Of a DNA stretch of 64,000 nt, positions 46,751 through 57,221 are shown one piece after another (the stretch's first letter is position 1; each line of letters begins with the position of its first letter). The notes under the pieces were generated by a model. It ran no database searches, was not told the DNA's origin, and saw only the letters and a program-made list of their open reading frames with translations. Source of the stretch: a virus (lineage: Duplodnaviria; Caudoviricetes); the IMG/VR virus record IMGVR_UViG_3300038345_000076, positions 1-64,000 of that record, one strand, 5' to 3'. The translations under genes and the position numbers were made by a program.

Positions 46751-47242
46751 TTAGAGATTTAGCATCTTGTCAAGCCAAGTCGATTCGTCGATGATGTCGG
46801 CCATAGCATAGTAGTATTTGCCACTGGCTTTGTCGTAGAGATATTGACCGTAGAAAGTCATTGTCGTACACTCTCCGATAAAGAACATTGAATAACGCTC
46901 GTTACGAATCCACCTCTTAGGCGGCAAAACATTCAGAGCATAGTCGTATTCTTCCTGAGTTATCTCCTTTGGCTCTTTGCTCAACCACTTATCACGCTGG
47001 AGTTTGCAATACTCTTCCCATGTAACGGCACGGAAGCCGGATTGGAGAATCTTTGTAACTTTTTCAAGTTGAAACTGCCAGTGGTCTGACATGTTAGGAT
47101 AGTTTACGAGGTGGCTTTCATACAAAGCCTTGTCTTTCTCATAAAACTCCTTTGCACGTTCGATGTTGGTACTAACTTCAGATTCCTTGCAAGTGGTGAA
47201 GCAATCAAAATACGCATTGTTGATAATCAATAAATCTTCCAT
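46751..47242 (-). CDS. DUF1419-like protein
   Basis: EITQEEYDYALNVLPP..W...FFIGE. Confidence 0.6.
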   Translation of the reverse strand: MEDLLIINNAYFDCFTTCKESEVSTNIERAKEFYEKDKALYESHLVNYPNMSDHWQFQLEKVTKILQSGFRAVTWEEYCKLQRDKWLSKEPKEITQEEYDYALNVLPPKRWIRNERYSMFFIGECTTMTFYGQYLYDKASGKYYYAMADIIDESTWLDKMLNL

Positions 47243-47301
47243 AATAGTTTGAATTTTAGTGATACATTGCAGTCGTGGGAGTTTTGAGGCTCCCATGACT
47301 T

Positions 47302-47778
47302 TTAGAGTTCGATCTTGATGTCATTCCACTCTTCCGGCAAAGTTCTAATCTGCTGCAGAATGTAGTCAACAATCTTGCGGTCGTAGATGTAGAAATGCCA
47401 AGCGTAAGAACACTCTCTCAGATTCCCGATAAAGACCCAGCAATTCGTTTCTTCAGCCCAATAAAGATTTACGCCGATATGACGGTCAGGCGTGTAGCCG
47501 TTCTTTCTAATGAAGTCGAATCGCTCTGCAATAGTGCAACCAGGCTGATAAGATGAAGGAATGTTGCAGTCAACGTACTTGTAGCCAGTCTTTCGGAAAT
47601 ACATCAATCTAACCGCCATTTCGTGACGCGAAAGTACTTCGTATTTCTTTGCGCATTTGTCGATGCGATGGAAATACGATTTCACTCCATTAACAACCAC
47701 AAAGTAATCTGTGTAGTTTCTGTCTTCACAATTCCAACGTGAAAACTGCTTGTAATCGTTCTTGATAATCTGTACCAT
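47302..47778 (-). CDS. Hypothetical protein
   Basis: 158 aa. Confidence 0.6.
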   Translation of the reverse strand: MVQIIKNDYKQFSRWNCEDRNYTDYFVVVNGVKSYFHRIDKCAKKYEVLSRHEMAVRLMYFRKTGYKYVDCNIPSSYQPGCTIAERFDFIRKNGYTPDRHIGVNLYWAEETNCWVFIGNLRECSYAWHFYIYDRKIVDYILQQIRTLPEEWNDIKIEL

Positions 47779-47841
47779 GATAATTGAATTTTTGTTAATT
47801 ATAGTTTTGTCAGTCAGAGAGTTTTCAGGCTCTCTGAGAGT

Positions 47842-48078
47842 TTAGGCAACCTTGCGAAATACTTCTTTCAAACCTTGTTTGGTGTACTTCAAGACCTTAA
47901 CAACATTCAGCCCTAAATCTTTCCAAGTCGGAAACTCTTCGAGTGCTGCTGCAACCGCTTCTTTGTTGTTCTTGAAAATTGCAGGACTGCTAACAGATGG
48001 CGCATCGTCTTCCGTGCAATACTCTACACGATAGTTTGGATAATGCTTGCCGTCATAGTCAAAATTGAATTTGTTCAT
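47842..48078 (-). CDS. Hypothetical protein
   Basis: Likely start MNKFNF. Confidence 0.55.
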   Translation of the reverse strand: MNKFNFDYDGKHYPNYRVEYCTEDDAPSVSSPAIFKNNKEAVAAALEEFPTWKDLGLNVVKVLKYTKQGLKEVFRKVA

Positions 48079-48383
48079 AATCTTTTGAATTTTGGTAAAA
48101 ATAGTAGGTGCTTCCATCAATCAAAATGGCCGCACCCGAACACACTAAAATTAGCAAACTATGAATGTTGTGCCGTTCCAAACCATTTGCGACTGAAATC
48201 GTCGGAATCTTTGCAGTTGAAAACTATTCCGATACACTTACGATTCTGTTTCGCAAACTCTTCACGTTTCTTTAGAAACTCTTGCTCGGTTATTGGCTCG
48301 TATGGAGCCATCACATAGTAGTTAACCATAATCTTTTGATTTAATTTCGTACTTTGGGGAGTTGCAACGCTCCCCGAAAGTGT

Positions 48384-49043
48384 TCAGGCACACATTCTTT
48401 CGATGTTCTCACGTTTCTTGGAAACTTTGAAGCGGTACACCCAACGATGGTCGGAAAACTCATTGTAGTATTCTATTCCGCGCTCATCCATCAAACTCTT
48501 TACGTCGGCAATATTCTCTTCTGCATGGAAGTTGTAGAAGACCCAAACACCGATACCGTAAGTGGTGGGATAGACCAAGAACCGATTGTTATAGCCGCGT
48601 TCCTTGCAAAGTCTTTGCATAGCCATCGCAAACTTTCCGTATGTTCCGGCATAGACCTTGCGATCCTTCTCAACAAGTTTCTGGACGTACTCGACCGTGA
48701 TGACTTTCGACTTGACGTTTTCTTTCTTGACAAGCATCTGACCGCCATCGTGCTCAACGTATAAAGTATCGTACTCGTAAGGTGATGCGTGACGTTCCCA
48801 CGTCTGGTCTGCAAACTTTCGGCACTTTTCTTCAAACTCTTCCATCGACTCATAAAGTACGTTTGTTCTGCCTTCTTCAGTGGCTTTACTTCCTCGCACA
48901 TTGTCTTTGTTGTAGTTGTAGGAAAAGTCGTACATTTCCTGCCAGACTCTTTTCTTGAACTCTTCGTAAGTTTCCTCTGGAAACCAACGTACATTGATAC
49001 CCTGAACCTTCAGTGCATCAATAGTTTCTTTACTGATTCTCAT
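48384..49043 (-). CDS. Hypothetical protein
   Basis: 219 aa. Confidence 0.65.
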   Translation of the reverse strand: MRISKETIDALKVQGINVRWFPEETYEEFKKRVWQEMYDFSYNYNKDNVRGSKATEEGRTNVLYESMEEFEEKCRKFADQTWERHASPYEYDTLYVEHDGGQMLVKKENVKSKVITVEYVQKLVEKDRKVYAGTYGKFAMAMQRLCKERGYNNRFLVYPTTYGIGVWVFYNFHAEENIADVKSLMDERGIEYYNEFSDHRWVYRFKVSKKRENIERMCA

Positions 49044-49102
49044 AATTGCTGAATTTTAAATGATTAGTCGTACTTTCGTGGAGTGTCACCTCCACAAAAG
49101 TC

Positions 49103-49780
49103 TTAGGCTGCATCCTCGTAGATGCCGTTGAACTCTGTGCCATCCTCATAATAGAGTTTGTCAGGCCAGTTTGCGGAAATCATATCTCCAATAGATTCGT
49201 CTGACATTCTGTAATCATCTTCATCTGACCAAAGTCTCAGATAGTGATGGAAACAATCATCAAATAAATCGTGTAGAGATATGTTCCAATCGGGACTTTT
49301 GTACCATTCAAAGATTTTGTCTAAGATGTCGCAATCGTAGCACATTCCAGTAAACGGACAATCCTGCTCAACCCACCAGATATGAGAATAACGCTTGACG
49401 TGTTCCAGTCCGACAGGATGCTCTGAATCTTTTGCGTGAGGAACAAGTTTGCCGTAATACTTGCGGCTGCGAATGTCGTAGTAATACTTGTTGAGGAATC
49501 TCCAGAGATACTTTCCGCAAAGTTCCTCAGAGTTTGCGTCAAGTTCTGAATCCTCAAAGTGCCAGGTGATGAAACGATACTGATGGTCATAGTCAATTTC
49601 ATAGCGTATGCCAAAGACTTCGCAAAACTTATCCAGAGTGGCGCGTCTTTCATCTGCGTCTGTTTCTTGACAAATGTACCAATAGCCGTAAGTTTCTTCA
49701 CGGTCACGTTCACAAACTTCGTGTTTCGCATCTTTCGACAACTCGTCAAAATGATACAACTTTACAGTTACTTCTTTCAT
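49103..49780 (-). CDS. Conserved phage early protein
   Basis: MKEVTVKLYHFDELS.DAK, CPFTGMCYDCDIL, YYEDG. Confidence 0.7.
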   Translation of the reverse strand: MKEVTVKLYHFDELSKDAKHEVCERDREETYGYWYICQETDADERRATLDKFCEVFGIRYEIDYDHQYRFITWHFEDSELDANSEELCGKYLWRFLNKYYYDIRSRKYYGKLVPHAKDSEHPVGLEHVKRYSHIWWVEQDCPFTGMCYDCDILDKIFEWYKSPDWNISLHDLFDDCFHHYLRLWSDEDDYRMSDESIGDMISANWPDKLYYEDGTEFNGIYEDAA

Positions 49781-50512
49781 AGTCTCATAATTTTAATGTG
49801 AATAATATCGTACTCTCCACGATTGCAACATCATGGAAAGTATTTTGATCAGCACTTGTAAAGTGAGGGCTTGACGAATCTTATTCCGTCTTTCCAAAGT
49901 TCTGTACCTTTGCACTTTGCGCAAATCTCAGCAAACTTGCCGACAAATGGAAATCCCATCGGCTTGACAATTCTTCTTCTCATAATTGATATACTTTTTA
50001 TTGGTTAGTCGTACTTCCGACCATTGCAACAAGATCGAAAGCAAAAGTTTCAGAAACATAATCCAAGATTTTTCTGACAGATGAAAAACTTCTCAGCAGT
50101 AGCAAGCATCTTTTTTGTACCATAACCTTTCAGGTACAAAGTGTAAATCCGCTCAATCTGTGCGGAAATATCGCAAAAAGACTTTTTCATAAAAACTCCT
50201 TTCCTTAAAGATTTTATCGTACTGCCAACAAACGCAACTTTGTCGGCAGTAGGTTTTAGATCTCAAAGTTTTCATAAACAAACTTTGCAGCGGCATTGAA
50301 ATCGTTGCCGAAATTCTTAATCTCTCCGTTTGGTAATTCTACGTAATACATAATTGAAACTTTTTTTGGTAAAACATTATCGTACTTTCAACAGTTCTAA
50401 CACTATTGAAAGTAATAGCCCTCACGGGTTTCATAAAACACAATAACTAAAAACCTAAAACTAATATCGTACTGCCAAGAACTTTCACGTACTCAGCAGC
50501 CTGGTCGTACTC

Positions 50513-50722
50513 TCAAATCTCGTACTTTGTCACCTGAATGTTTATCTTCCAGAACTCCAGCCAGAACTTTCTGATTCTCGTACTGAACTTTGGAGAGTTC
50601 CAGACTAACACGGCATAAGCAATCGCAAAAGTTACATAAAGCAGACTATTGCAGCATAATGCCATGACGATGGGCGCAAGTATCAAAGTACCTGCAACGT
50701 AGATAAAAATTTTCTTTGCCAT
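50513..50722 (-). CDS. Small membrane protein
   Basis: Two hydrophobic segments. Confidence 0.55.
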   Translation of the reverse strand: MAKKIFIYVAGTLILAPIVMALCCNSLLYVTFAIAYAVLVWNSPKFSTRIRKFWLEFWKINIQVTKYEI

Positions 50723-50762
50723 AACTTGATTGAATTTTAGAAATAGAATACCAAACTATTAG

Positions 50763-51230
50763 TCAGATAGTTTGGTATGCGAAAGACTTTGCAGCTTTGA
50801 AGTCAAAACCGAAACTCAACAAAGTTTCCTTTGATATGCGCAAGTCCTTCATCTTCTCTTTCAGGCGCATAAACCAGTTGTCGCGTCTTTCGAGAAAAGA
50901 AAGTTTCTGTGATTCATCTTTGAATCCGTGAGAGAGTTCATCTTTCAGATCCTCAAAGTCGAAACGCGCAAACTTGCAAACTCTTTCGACCATTGGAATA
51001 GAAAGCAAAGTATCAAGCGCAACTTTGTTGCCATATTCAGTCAACTTGTTACGCGCATCATTGGCAAAGATCGGCTGAGAAACTTTTCTCGTACTCTGAC
51101 TTTGCCAGTAGTTTTGTTCCTTCATCTTCAGGAAATTCCAAAACTCTGTGTAGGGAATCTTCTGATCGATGGCTTCACGCTCCCAATCTTCTAAGATTGA
51201 GGAGGAAATAAAAGTCTTTTCTTGTTTCAT
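50763..51230 (-). CDS. Hypothetical protein
   Basis: Likely start MKQEKTF. Confidence 0.5.
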   Translation of the reverse strand: MKQEKTFISSSILEDWEREAIDQKIPYTEFWNFLKMKEQNYWQSQSTRKVSQPIFANDARNKLTEYGNKVALDTLLSIPMVERVCKFARFDFEDLKDELSHGFKDESQKLSFLERRDNWFMRLKEKMKDLRISKETLLSFGFDFKAAKSFAYQTI

Positions 51231-51795
51231 CTTTTTCTGTAAAATTGTAGGCAGCACAAAGTCTTTCATTTGCACTGCCTGGATTATGGCCTGATAGTGA
51301 CAAACTTTTGAGCCTGCAATGCCATACCTACTATATTGCCAAAGTAAACTTTGACCAGGGCTCGTCACCACTGCGTTTGGAGATTGCAGAAAGTTTTTCA
51401 CCACCAGACCGAACTAATGATAAAATTCAATTATGGACTTTTTCTAATATCGGCACATATAGTTTGCGGCTTCCATTTCACACGCAAAAACAACTTTATA
51501 AGACTGAATAATGCACTCAAACCTTTTGTTCCCAAACTTTGAAATGCAATACTTTCAGCCCGAAAGTTATTCCGATCTAAATAAGTCTGTCAAGTAAGAA
51601 CCGCCACAAAGAAACTTTGCAGCATGGGAAATGATTCTCACAAGACAAAGAACAAATAAAAGATGCAACCAGATAGAAAGTATTTCATTTCGTTTCCGGC
51701 TGCAAAAATTAGTGGCTCTCAAGTTACTCAAAAACTTTTGTACGTCAAATAATCGTATTAGCCAAACTTTTGCGACACCAAAAATAAAAGCATGA

Positions 51796-51832
51796 AAAAA
51801 GGGCTACAGACTTTTTGCGGTCTGTAGCCCTT
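51796..51832 (-). terminator. Intrinsic terminator
   Basis: AAGGGCTACAGAC-loop-GTCTGTAGCCC followed by T6 on the minus strand. Confidence 0.75.
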
Positions 51833-51845
51833 CTAACTTTGAGAG

Positions 51846-52631
51846 TTAAGAGAAAACTCTTTCCAAAATTGCGCTTATTTGCTCTTTCGAAAAATTGTTT
51901 TCCTTTGCTTTAGCAATCGACGTTTCAACATTGACCAAGATACGGCGGTAATCTGCAATTTGATTGCTCAACTTCTTTTGTGCTTCCTGCTTACTTGAAT
52001 AGTAACGAATTGCCAATAAAATATTGGCTGTTGTTATATCTCTATATTCAACAAACAGATTGACAGTGAAAGATACACCGTTTTCTTCAGCCCTCAAGGT
52101 GCAATCTGTATAACGGTTGTTGCCGTCTTTGTCTTGACATTGGTTGCCTCTGAAAATTGCAACCTTGCCGCCTTCGATATAGTTTGACTCTTTCAACTCT
52201 AAAACCTTGCAAGCGGTTAAGACCTTATTATATAAAGTCTTGTTTTCCTGCAACTTCTCCAGAACTTCAGCAAATGTAAGATTATTGGCAGCGTCGATCT
52301 CGTCGGTGTGTGCTTCAAGATACTTCTTCTTTGCGTCTGCAATCGTAACCGCTTTAGTCTCTTCTGTCATAATTCCAGATTCAACTAAAGGAGTTAACGC
52401 CTTCTGTAGTTCAGAGTCGTCAAACTTAATAGGACAAAAATAGTCTGCAATCTCAATAGAAAAAAGTTGATTTTTGTCGATTTTCTCAATAGCCTCCTCC
52501 GCTTTTGCAGATTCAACTAAATTAAAATTGCCACTAACTTTGCCCTTTGTCTGTGTGGCGTCCTTTACTTCAACTTCTGGAAGGTTGTTACTATTATTCA
52601 CAACGTTTTCCTTCTTTGTCTTTTTACTCAT
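51846..52631 (-). CDS. Hypothetical protein (first gene of the leftward arm)
   Basis: 261 aa; -7 element TATCTTTG at 52716-52723. Confidence 0.7.
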   Translation of the reverse strand: MSKKTKKENVVNNSNNLPEVEVKDATQTKGKVSGNFNLVESAKAEEAIEKIDKNQLFSIEIADYFCPIKFDDSELQKALTPLVESGIMTEETKAVTIADAKKKYLEAHTDEIDAANNLTFAEVLEKLQENKTLYNKVLTACKVLELKESNYIEGGKVAIFRGNQCQDKDGNNRYTDCTLRAEENGVSFTVNLFVEYRDITTANILLAIRYYSSKQEAQKKLSNQIADYRRILVNVETSIAKAKENNFSKEQISAILERVFS

Positions 52632-53218
52632 AATTGCTAATATTTAAGGGTGTTACAAAATGTCAATTTTTACCGCTTTTTTTGCGGTGGTTACTCTCTC
52701 GTAACCTTTCACCTGCAAAGATACATTATAATACTTAATAATACAAAAAATAATACTTTAAATTACGTTTATAATGTGACTTTTTCCGAAATATTTACAA
52801 AATTAAAATTGAAGGTATTATTTTGCAATCTCTACTTTGCAAAATAAAGCTTTTTTGTCGGATCTGACTTCATGAAATGATATATATTATATAAAAAAAT
52901 CTATTGTTTAGGCTGTTCTTCTCAATACCTATATATATATTAAGTATGATTATTATTTGCGCTTAATTTGCGCTTTATGGTTGTTATAATATAATAAAGT
53001 GGTATTATTTACCTTTGCATCTATTTGCAACCAGATACGACATAATACGACGTAATACATGATATTATATATATAGAGAGAGAAAAAAAAAGAAATGTAT
53101 TTATATTGTTTGTTTGTTTGTTTGTGATTTATTTTATTTTGTGATGCAATTTTGTTAAGAAAAAAAGACTTTAGTACGATATTTATAAGTATTTGATTTT
53201 CAAGCGGTTAGAGATGTT

Positions 53219-53236
53219 ACATTATAGTTATAATGT
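53219..53236. repeat. Orphan recombination site F1
   Basis: gttACATTA-TAGTTA-TAATGTgact; degenerate copy AAATTA-CGTTTA-TAATGTgact at 52760. Confidence 0.65.
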
Positions 53237-53560
53237 GACTTTTTTTGTGTTGTTTTTTGTCGTTTTTTTAGACGGGTACCCCCCTTTTAACAACTTTGGG
53301 GAGCCCTACTGACCTCTCGCCGAGATTTTTTATTTTTATTTTTTAAAATTTTCGTTTTGATTTTCAAATTTTTGTGAATTTAGTGTAGGTTATTGGAAAT
53401 CCTACACGGAAAAATGCAGAAATCGTTCATTGTCTGAAAGCCTTATAAATAAAGGGTTTATTTTTGCACAATGTAGGTTGTGAACGATAAATAGCACTCC
53501 TATATAGGTTTTTTGTAATTTAATAAAAGGGTGATAATAATATATATATAATCGTACATT

Positions 53561-55039
53561 ATGGCGAAAAAGGGTGAAAAATCGTGCATTAAGGACGTTT
53601 TACAGGCTGAGATTGGCAGATATTCGGGTCAATTACAGTCATGTATTGACAAGGGATCGTTGCTGAGAGCCTATCAGACCCGTCGCAGGAGCGAACGCCT
53701 TTATGCCTATCACTCGATACTCCGTGATGCCTGTTGCAGTTGTTTCCGAGGTACATCTATGAGTAATGACGGCAAGAAGTGTGTTGTCTGGGGATTTAAT
53801 GGTAAGTATTGGACTCCGTTATCCCCTGTTGTCTTCCGTGACAGCGTAGGTCAGGCATTGATAGCCGCTGCTGGAGCAGGTGATTTCGTTGTCAAGGGTG
53901 ACTGGATAGAGAAGCAGAATACGTTATTGCAGAGTGCATACGCAGGTGTATGCGTATCACCCTTGGAGAAGAACCCTGCTGTTGTCGGTTTCAGGAATGG
54001 TGTATGGGATTTCACTGATATTGAGAATCCCGTCTATCACTCGTTTACGGACATGATGCCTGTTACCGATTTATTGGGTTATGATTATGATCCTACGGCA
54101 TCATGTAAGATGTGGCAGTCGTTCCTAAGTATGATGCTAAACCAGAAAGACATCTTGAAGTTGCAGAAGTACCTTGGTCTTGGCTGTGTCAATCGTCGTT
54201 TGATGTCAAATGTCGTTGAGGACACCTTGTGGCTCATTGGCAGTGGTGCGAATGGTAAGACCACCATTGAGGATGTAGTCAGAGCCGTTTATGGCTATGA
54301 TAATGTCAGCGAGGCTTCGATGGGTGAACTGTTAGACAGGAATCAGATCAGCCGTATGCTGACGATGAGCAATATCGACGGCAAGATATTCAATATCTGT
54401 AGTGAGGTTGACATGAGTGATATCAGCAGGGGCAGTGATGCCTTCAAGCGTCTGTGCAGCGGTGAGCCTCAGAATGCGAGAGGTATTGGTGAGAATGTCC
54501 GCAGGATATATGACATACCGTTTCTGATATTCTCGATGAACCAGCGTCCCGTGAATAAGCGAATGGATGCCGCCTTCAGACGCAGGATAGTTGAGATTGT
54601 CTTCAATCAGTCTATAAGAGAGGAAGACATGGATGCTGGTTTGGGGGATAAGTTGAAGAAAGAATTGCCGGGTATCAGGAACTGGATGATAGAGGGTTAC
54701 AAGATGCTTGTCAGAGACGGATTCCGCTTTGACCATTGTAATTCCGAGGACTATATGGAGTACAATGACCAGTTCTTTGACATCTTCGCCCGTCACGACG
54801 GATTACGTGCGAGTGCGTGGGCGGGTCGTGGTGAGAAGGCTCAGTTGGTAAGTTTTGCCACTCTCTACGACAAATACGTTGATTTCTGCAAGCGCAAAGG
54901 CTATGGTCAGGAAACTCCGTCTGAGAAATCTTTGTCCCAGGATTTGAAGCGTCTGAACTTCCGCAAGGTGCGCAAGGCTGCAGGTGTATTCTACGAGGTA
55001 TATTGTGAGAACGAACTTGAATATGCAGTGAAGTTATGA
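53561..55039 (+). CDS. D5/P4-family SF3 helicase (primase-associated)
   Basis: VGFRNGVWD, YDPTASC.MW..FL, GSGANGKTT, FKRLCSGE, AFRRRI. Confidence 0.88.
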   Translation: MAKKGEKSCIKDVLQAEIGRYSGQLQSCIDKGSLLRAYQTRRRSERLYAYHSILRDACCSCFRGTSMSNDGKKCVVWGFNGKYWTPLSPVVFRDSVGQALIAAAGAGDFVVKGDWIEKQNTLLQSAYAGVCVSPLEKNPAVVGFRNGVWDFTDIENPVYHSFTDMMPVTDLLGYDYDPTASCKMWQSFLSMMLNQKDILKLQKYLGLGCVNRRLMSNVVEDTLWLIGSGANGKTTIEDVVRAVYGYDNVSEASMGELLDRNQISRMLTMSNIDGKIFNICSEVDMSDISRGSDAFKRLCSGEPQNARGIGENVRRIYDIPFLIFSMNQRPVNKRMDAAFRRRIVEIVFNQSIREEDMDAGLGDKLKKELPGIRNWMIEGYKMLVRDGFRFDHCNSEDYMEYNDQFFDIFARHDGLRASAWAGRGEKAQLVSFATLYDKYVDFCKRKGYGQETPSEKSLSQDLKRLNFRKVRKAAGVFYEVYCENELEYAVKL

Positions 55040-55422
55040 AAAAATTGAAGTTTAACATACCTATATACGACTTTGATATTACTCTTGTTCAGATTGAAGA
55101 GAAGAGTGACAAGGATAAGGTTCTTTCCGTGCTGAAAGAAATTAAGTGCACACAAGAACACATGGATAGTGTCTCTGATTATATTGATAGAGGCTGTTAT
55201 GGTGGTGGTGACACTTTCTACAACTTTGACATAAGAGCAATGGTTATTGTCTTTTACACATTTAGGAGTGAGGAAAGCAGATGGGAGGTGTATTCTCACG
55301 AAAAGAGGCATATTGAAGACAGGGTGCTTCAGCACTCTCACGTTGACGATATTGAATCGGCAGGACTTCTTGCAGGGTATCTTGGAAGGAAGTTTTATCA
55401 TTTTATGCAATTAGTAAAGTAG
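55036..55422 (+). CDS. Small HExxH protein
   Basis: SHEKRH...ESAGLL. Confidence 0.6.
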   Translation: MKKLKFNIPIYDFDITLVQIEEKSDKDKVLSVLKEIKCTQEHMDSVSDYIDRGCYGGGDTFYNFDIRAMVIVFYTFRSEESRWEVYSHEKRHIEDRVLQHSHVDDIESAGLLAGYLGRKFYHFMQLVK

Positions 55423-55430
55423 AGATAGTT

Positions 55431-55784
55431 ATGGTAATAGATAGTGATAAGTATTTCATACACTCTAACGCATGGTGGTGGGGCGTTGACTGTCGGATTA
55501 TCCGTAGGGATGGTGCAGGTGTTGTCAATATCAATTTTGATAATTCAATGCCAGAGACCTGCTACATCGAGGGATTGAGTGTTGTTGAGAATGAGAGGGG
55601 GAACGGCATTGGTCGAAGTCTTCTTGAACTCTGTGAGGTGGTTGCAAGGCAGGAGGGTAAGACTTTTCTTTCTCTTTCTGTCGAAAAGGATCATCCGTGG
55701 TTAGTGGAATGGTACAAAAGAATGGGTTTCTGCATCTACAGTATCGAAGACCATACTTTTCTTATGATTAAATGCTTGAAGTAA
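55431..55784 (+). CDS. GNAT acetyltransferase
   Basis: LSV.ENERGNGIGRSLL, WYKRMGF. Confidence 0.85.
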   Translation: MVIDSDKYFIHSNAWWWGVDCRIIRRDGAGVVNINFDNSMPETCYIEGLSVVENERGNGIGRSLLELCEVVARQEGKTFLSLSVEKDHPWLVEWYKRMGFCIYSIEDHTFLMIKCLK

Positions 55785-55799
55785 CAAATTTTTTGAATT

Positions 55800-56324
55800 A
55801 TGAAAGAATACAAGATTTTGTTTGCCGATTTGGATGGCACGTTGATCACTACGGCGAGCGGCAAGACGTTTTCCGAGGATTGTACGGATTTCCGCGTTCG
55901 GAAAGAGGTTCTTGACAAGATTAAGACGATGAAAGGTCTGGAATACCTGTCAATCGTCACGAATCAAGGAGGCGTTCCTCAGTTTATATCTCAGCATGAC
56001 GTTGAGGTGAAGATTAGGAGTATTGCGGAGTTTATTCGCTTATATTTTTCTCAAAAACCTTTCAATCCAGAAGATAATGAGGGTCTAAAAATCATTTGTG
56101 AATATTGCGCTTCGATGGAGAAAGACCACCCATGCCGTAAACCAAACACTGGTATGCTCGAAAACTTTTTGAAATATTCTGGTTGTAAGAAAGCTGACAA
56201 GTCTGTTATGCTGATGATTGGTGATGCCAGTGGAAAGCCAGGGCAATTCTCTGACAGTGACAAGAAGTGTGCCGAGAACTTTGGCATTGATTATCTGGAC
56301 GTAGAAGATTTCTTAAATGCTTGA
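55800..56324 (+). CDS. HAD-IIIA phosphatase (polynucleotide 3'-phosphatase-like)
   Basis: DLDGTLI, IVTNQGG, RKPNTGML, MIGDASG...SD. Confidence 0.88.
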   Translation: MKEYKILFADLDGTLITTASGKTFSEDCTDFRVRKEVLDKIKTMKGLEYLSIVTNQGGVPQFISQHDVEVKIRSIAEFIRLYFSQKPFNPEDNEGLKIICEYCASMEKDHPCRKPNTGMLENFLKYSGCKKADKSVMLMIGDASGKPGQFSDSDKKCAENFGIDYLDVEDFLNA

Positions 56325-56327
56325 ATT

Positions 56328-56570
56328 ATGGAAAAAGCAAGGGATAAGTTCAGGATTGGTCAGTTGGTTCAGATAATAGTCCACAACTCGCATTATCATG
56401 AATTTGGAAGGATTGTGGCATTCGACGAACACAACGAGTACAATGTCAAAGTTCAGTTTGATGATAATTTCGCGCAGGGCTATATGGTAAGCGAATTGAG
56501 ACCTGTTCCGAGACTTGGGGAAAAACTTCCATTAAATAAGAAACTTAGATCAATATTTCGTAAGTTATGA
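56328..56570 (+). CDS. Small SH3/KOW-like protein
   Basis: FRIGQLV. Confidence 0.5.
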   Translation: MEKARDKFRIGQLVQIIVHNSHYHEFGRIVAFDEHNEYNVKVQFDDNFAQGYMVSELRPVPRLGEKLPLNKKLRSIFRKL

Positions 56571-56824
56571 GGATATTAAAGAAAATAAAGAGATTGTGGT
56601 ATCGGTGGCGCAATAGCGATCCCGTCCACAAATGTCCTGTTTACAAAAACGAGGGCTGTGTGTTTGTCGATGGCATTTTTTGTCCGTTCCCAGATTGTGA
56701 CATAGTTCACAAGTACCTTGGTCATAAGTTTGTCGGATGCGCATATTGCCAATACAATCAAGAATGCTGTAGCAGGAATTACGGGCTTGGTTGTTATGAC
56801 GGTAAACCTGATAATTCTTGCTAA
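56567..56824 (+). CDS. Cys-rich hypothetical protein
   Basis: 85 aa, 10 Cys. Confidence 0.5.
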   Translation: MRILKKIKRLWYRWRNSDPVHKCPVYKNEGCVFVDGIFCPFPDCDIVHKYLGHKFVGCAYCQYNQECCSRNYGLGCYDGKPDNSC

Positions 56825-56902
56825 TTCTTTCAAGAGTTGCAAGAAATGGAAAGAACTGAAAAGAACTGAAAAGAAACTTTATTCACAAAAACTTTAAGAT
56901 AT

Positions 56903-57193
56903 ATGAAGTACAAAAAGAAACCAGTCATTATTGACGCAATTCAAGTGAGTGCAAGGAACTTTGACCGTATCTGTGATTTTATGGGATGCACGCCAGAGCA
57001 GTATCTTAACCCTATGTCAGACATTGACGAGTTTGGTGACAGCCGTGACTCTTATCTTGGTGTCTATGTTGAAACATTGGAAGGCAAGATGCTTGCCAAC
57101 ATCGGCGACATGATCATCAAGGGTGTCAACGGCGAGTTCTACCCTTGCAAGCCTGACATTTTCGCAAAAACTTACGAGAAAGTAGAAGAGTAA
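56903..57193 (+). CDS. Conserved phage protein (KKPV..EFYPCKPDIF family)
   Basis: KYKKKPVIIDAIQ, TLEG.M.A..GD.IIKGVNGEFYPCKPDIF. Confidence 0.8.
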   Translation: MKYKKKPVIIDAIQVSARNFDRICDFMGCTPEQYLNPMSDIDEFGDSRDSYLGVYVETLEGKMLANIGDMIIKGVNGEFYPCKPDIFAKTYEKVEE

Positions 57194-57221
57194 TTTGTTT
57201 CACTTTTAAAAATTTAGATTT

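Larger units (their letters stand above)
37809..50512 (-). repeat. Dispersed intergenic hairpin + AGTACGA element
   Basis: TCGTACT on + at 37809, 38489, 43354, 43674, 46716, 48347, 49068, 49808, 50009, 50217, 50380 and 50467, each beside a stem-loop; variant hairpins fill most other gaps. Confidence 0.75.

Noticed and set aside
37809-50760. Integron attC cassette array
   Set aside because: Only occasional GTTRRRY matches occur (e.g. 38522), with no paired R'/R'' cores. Mismatch polarity mostly favours mRNA-strand folding.
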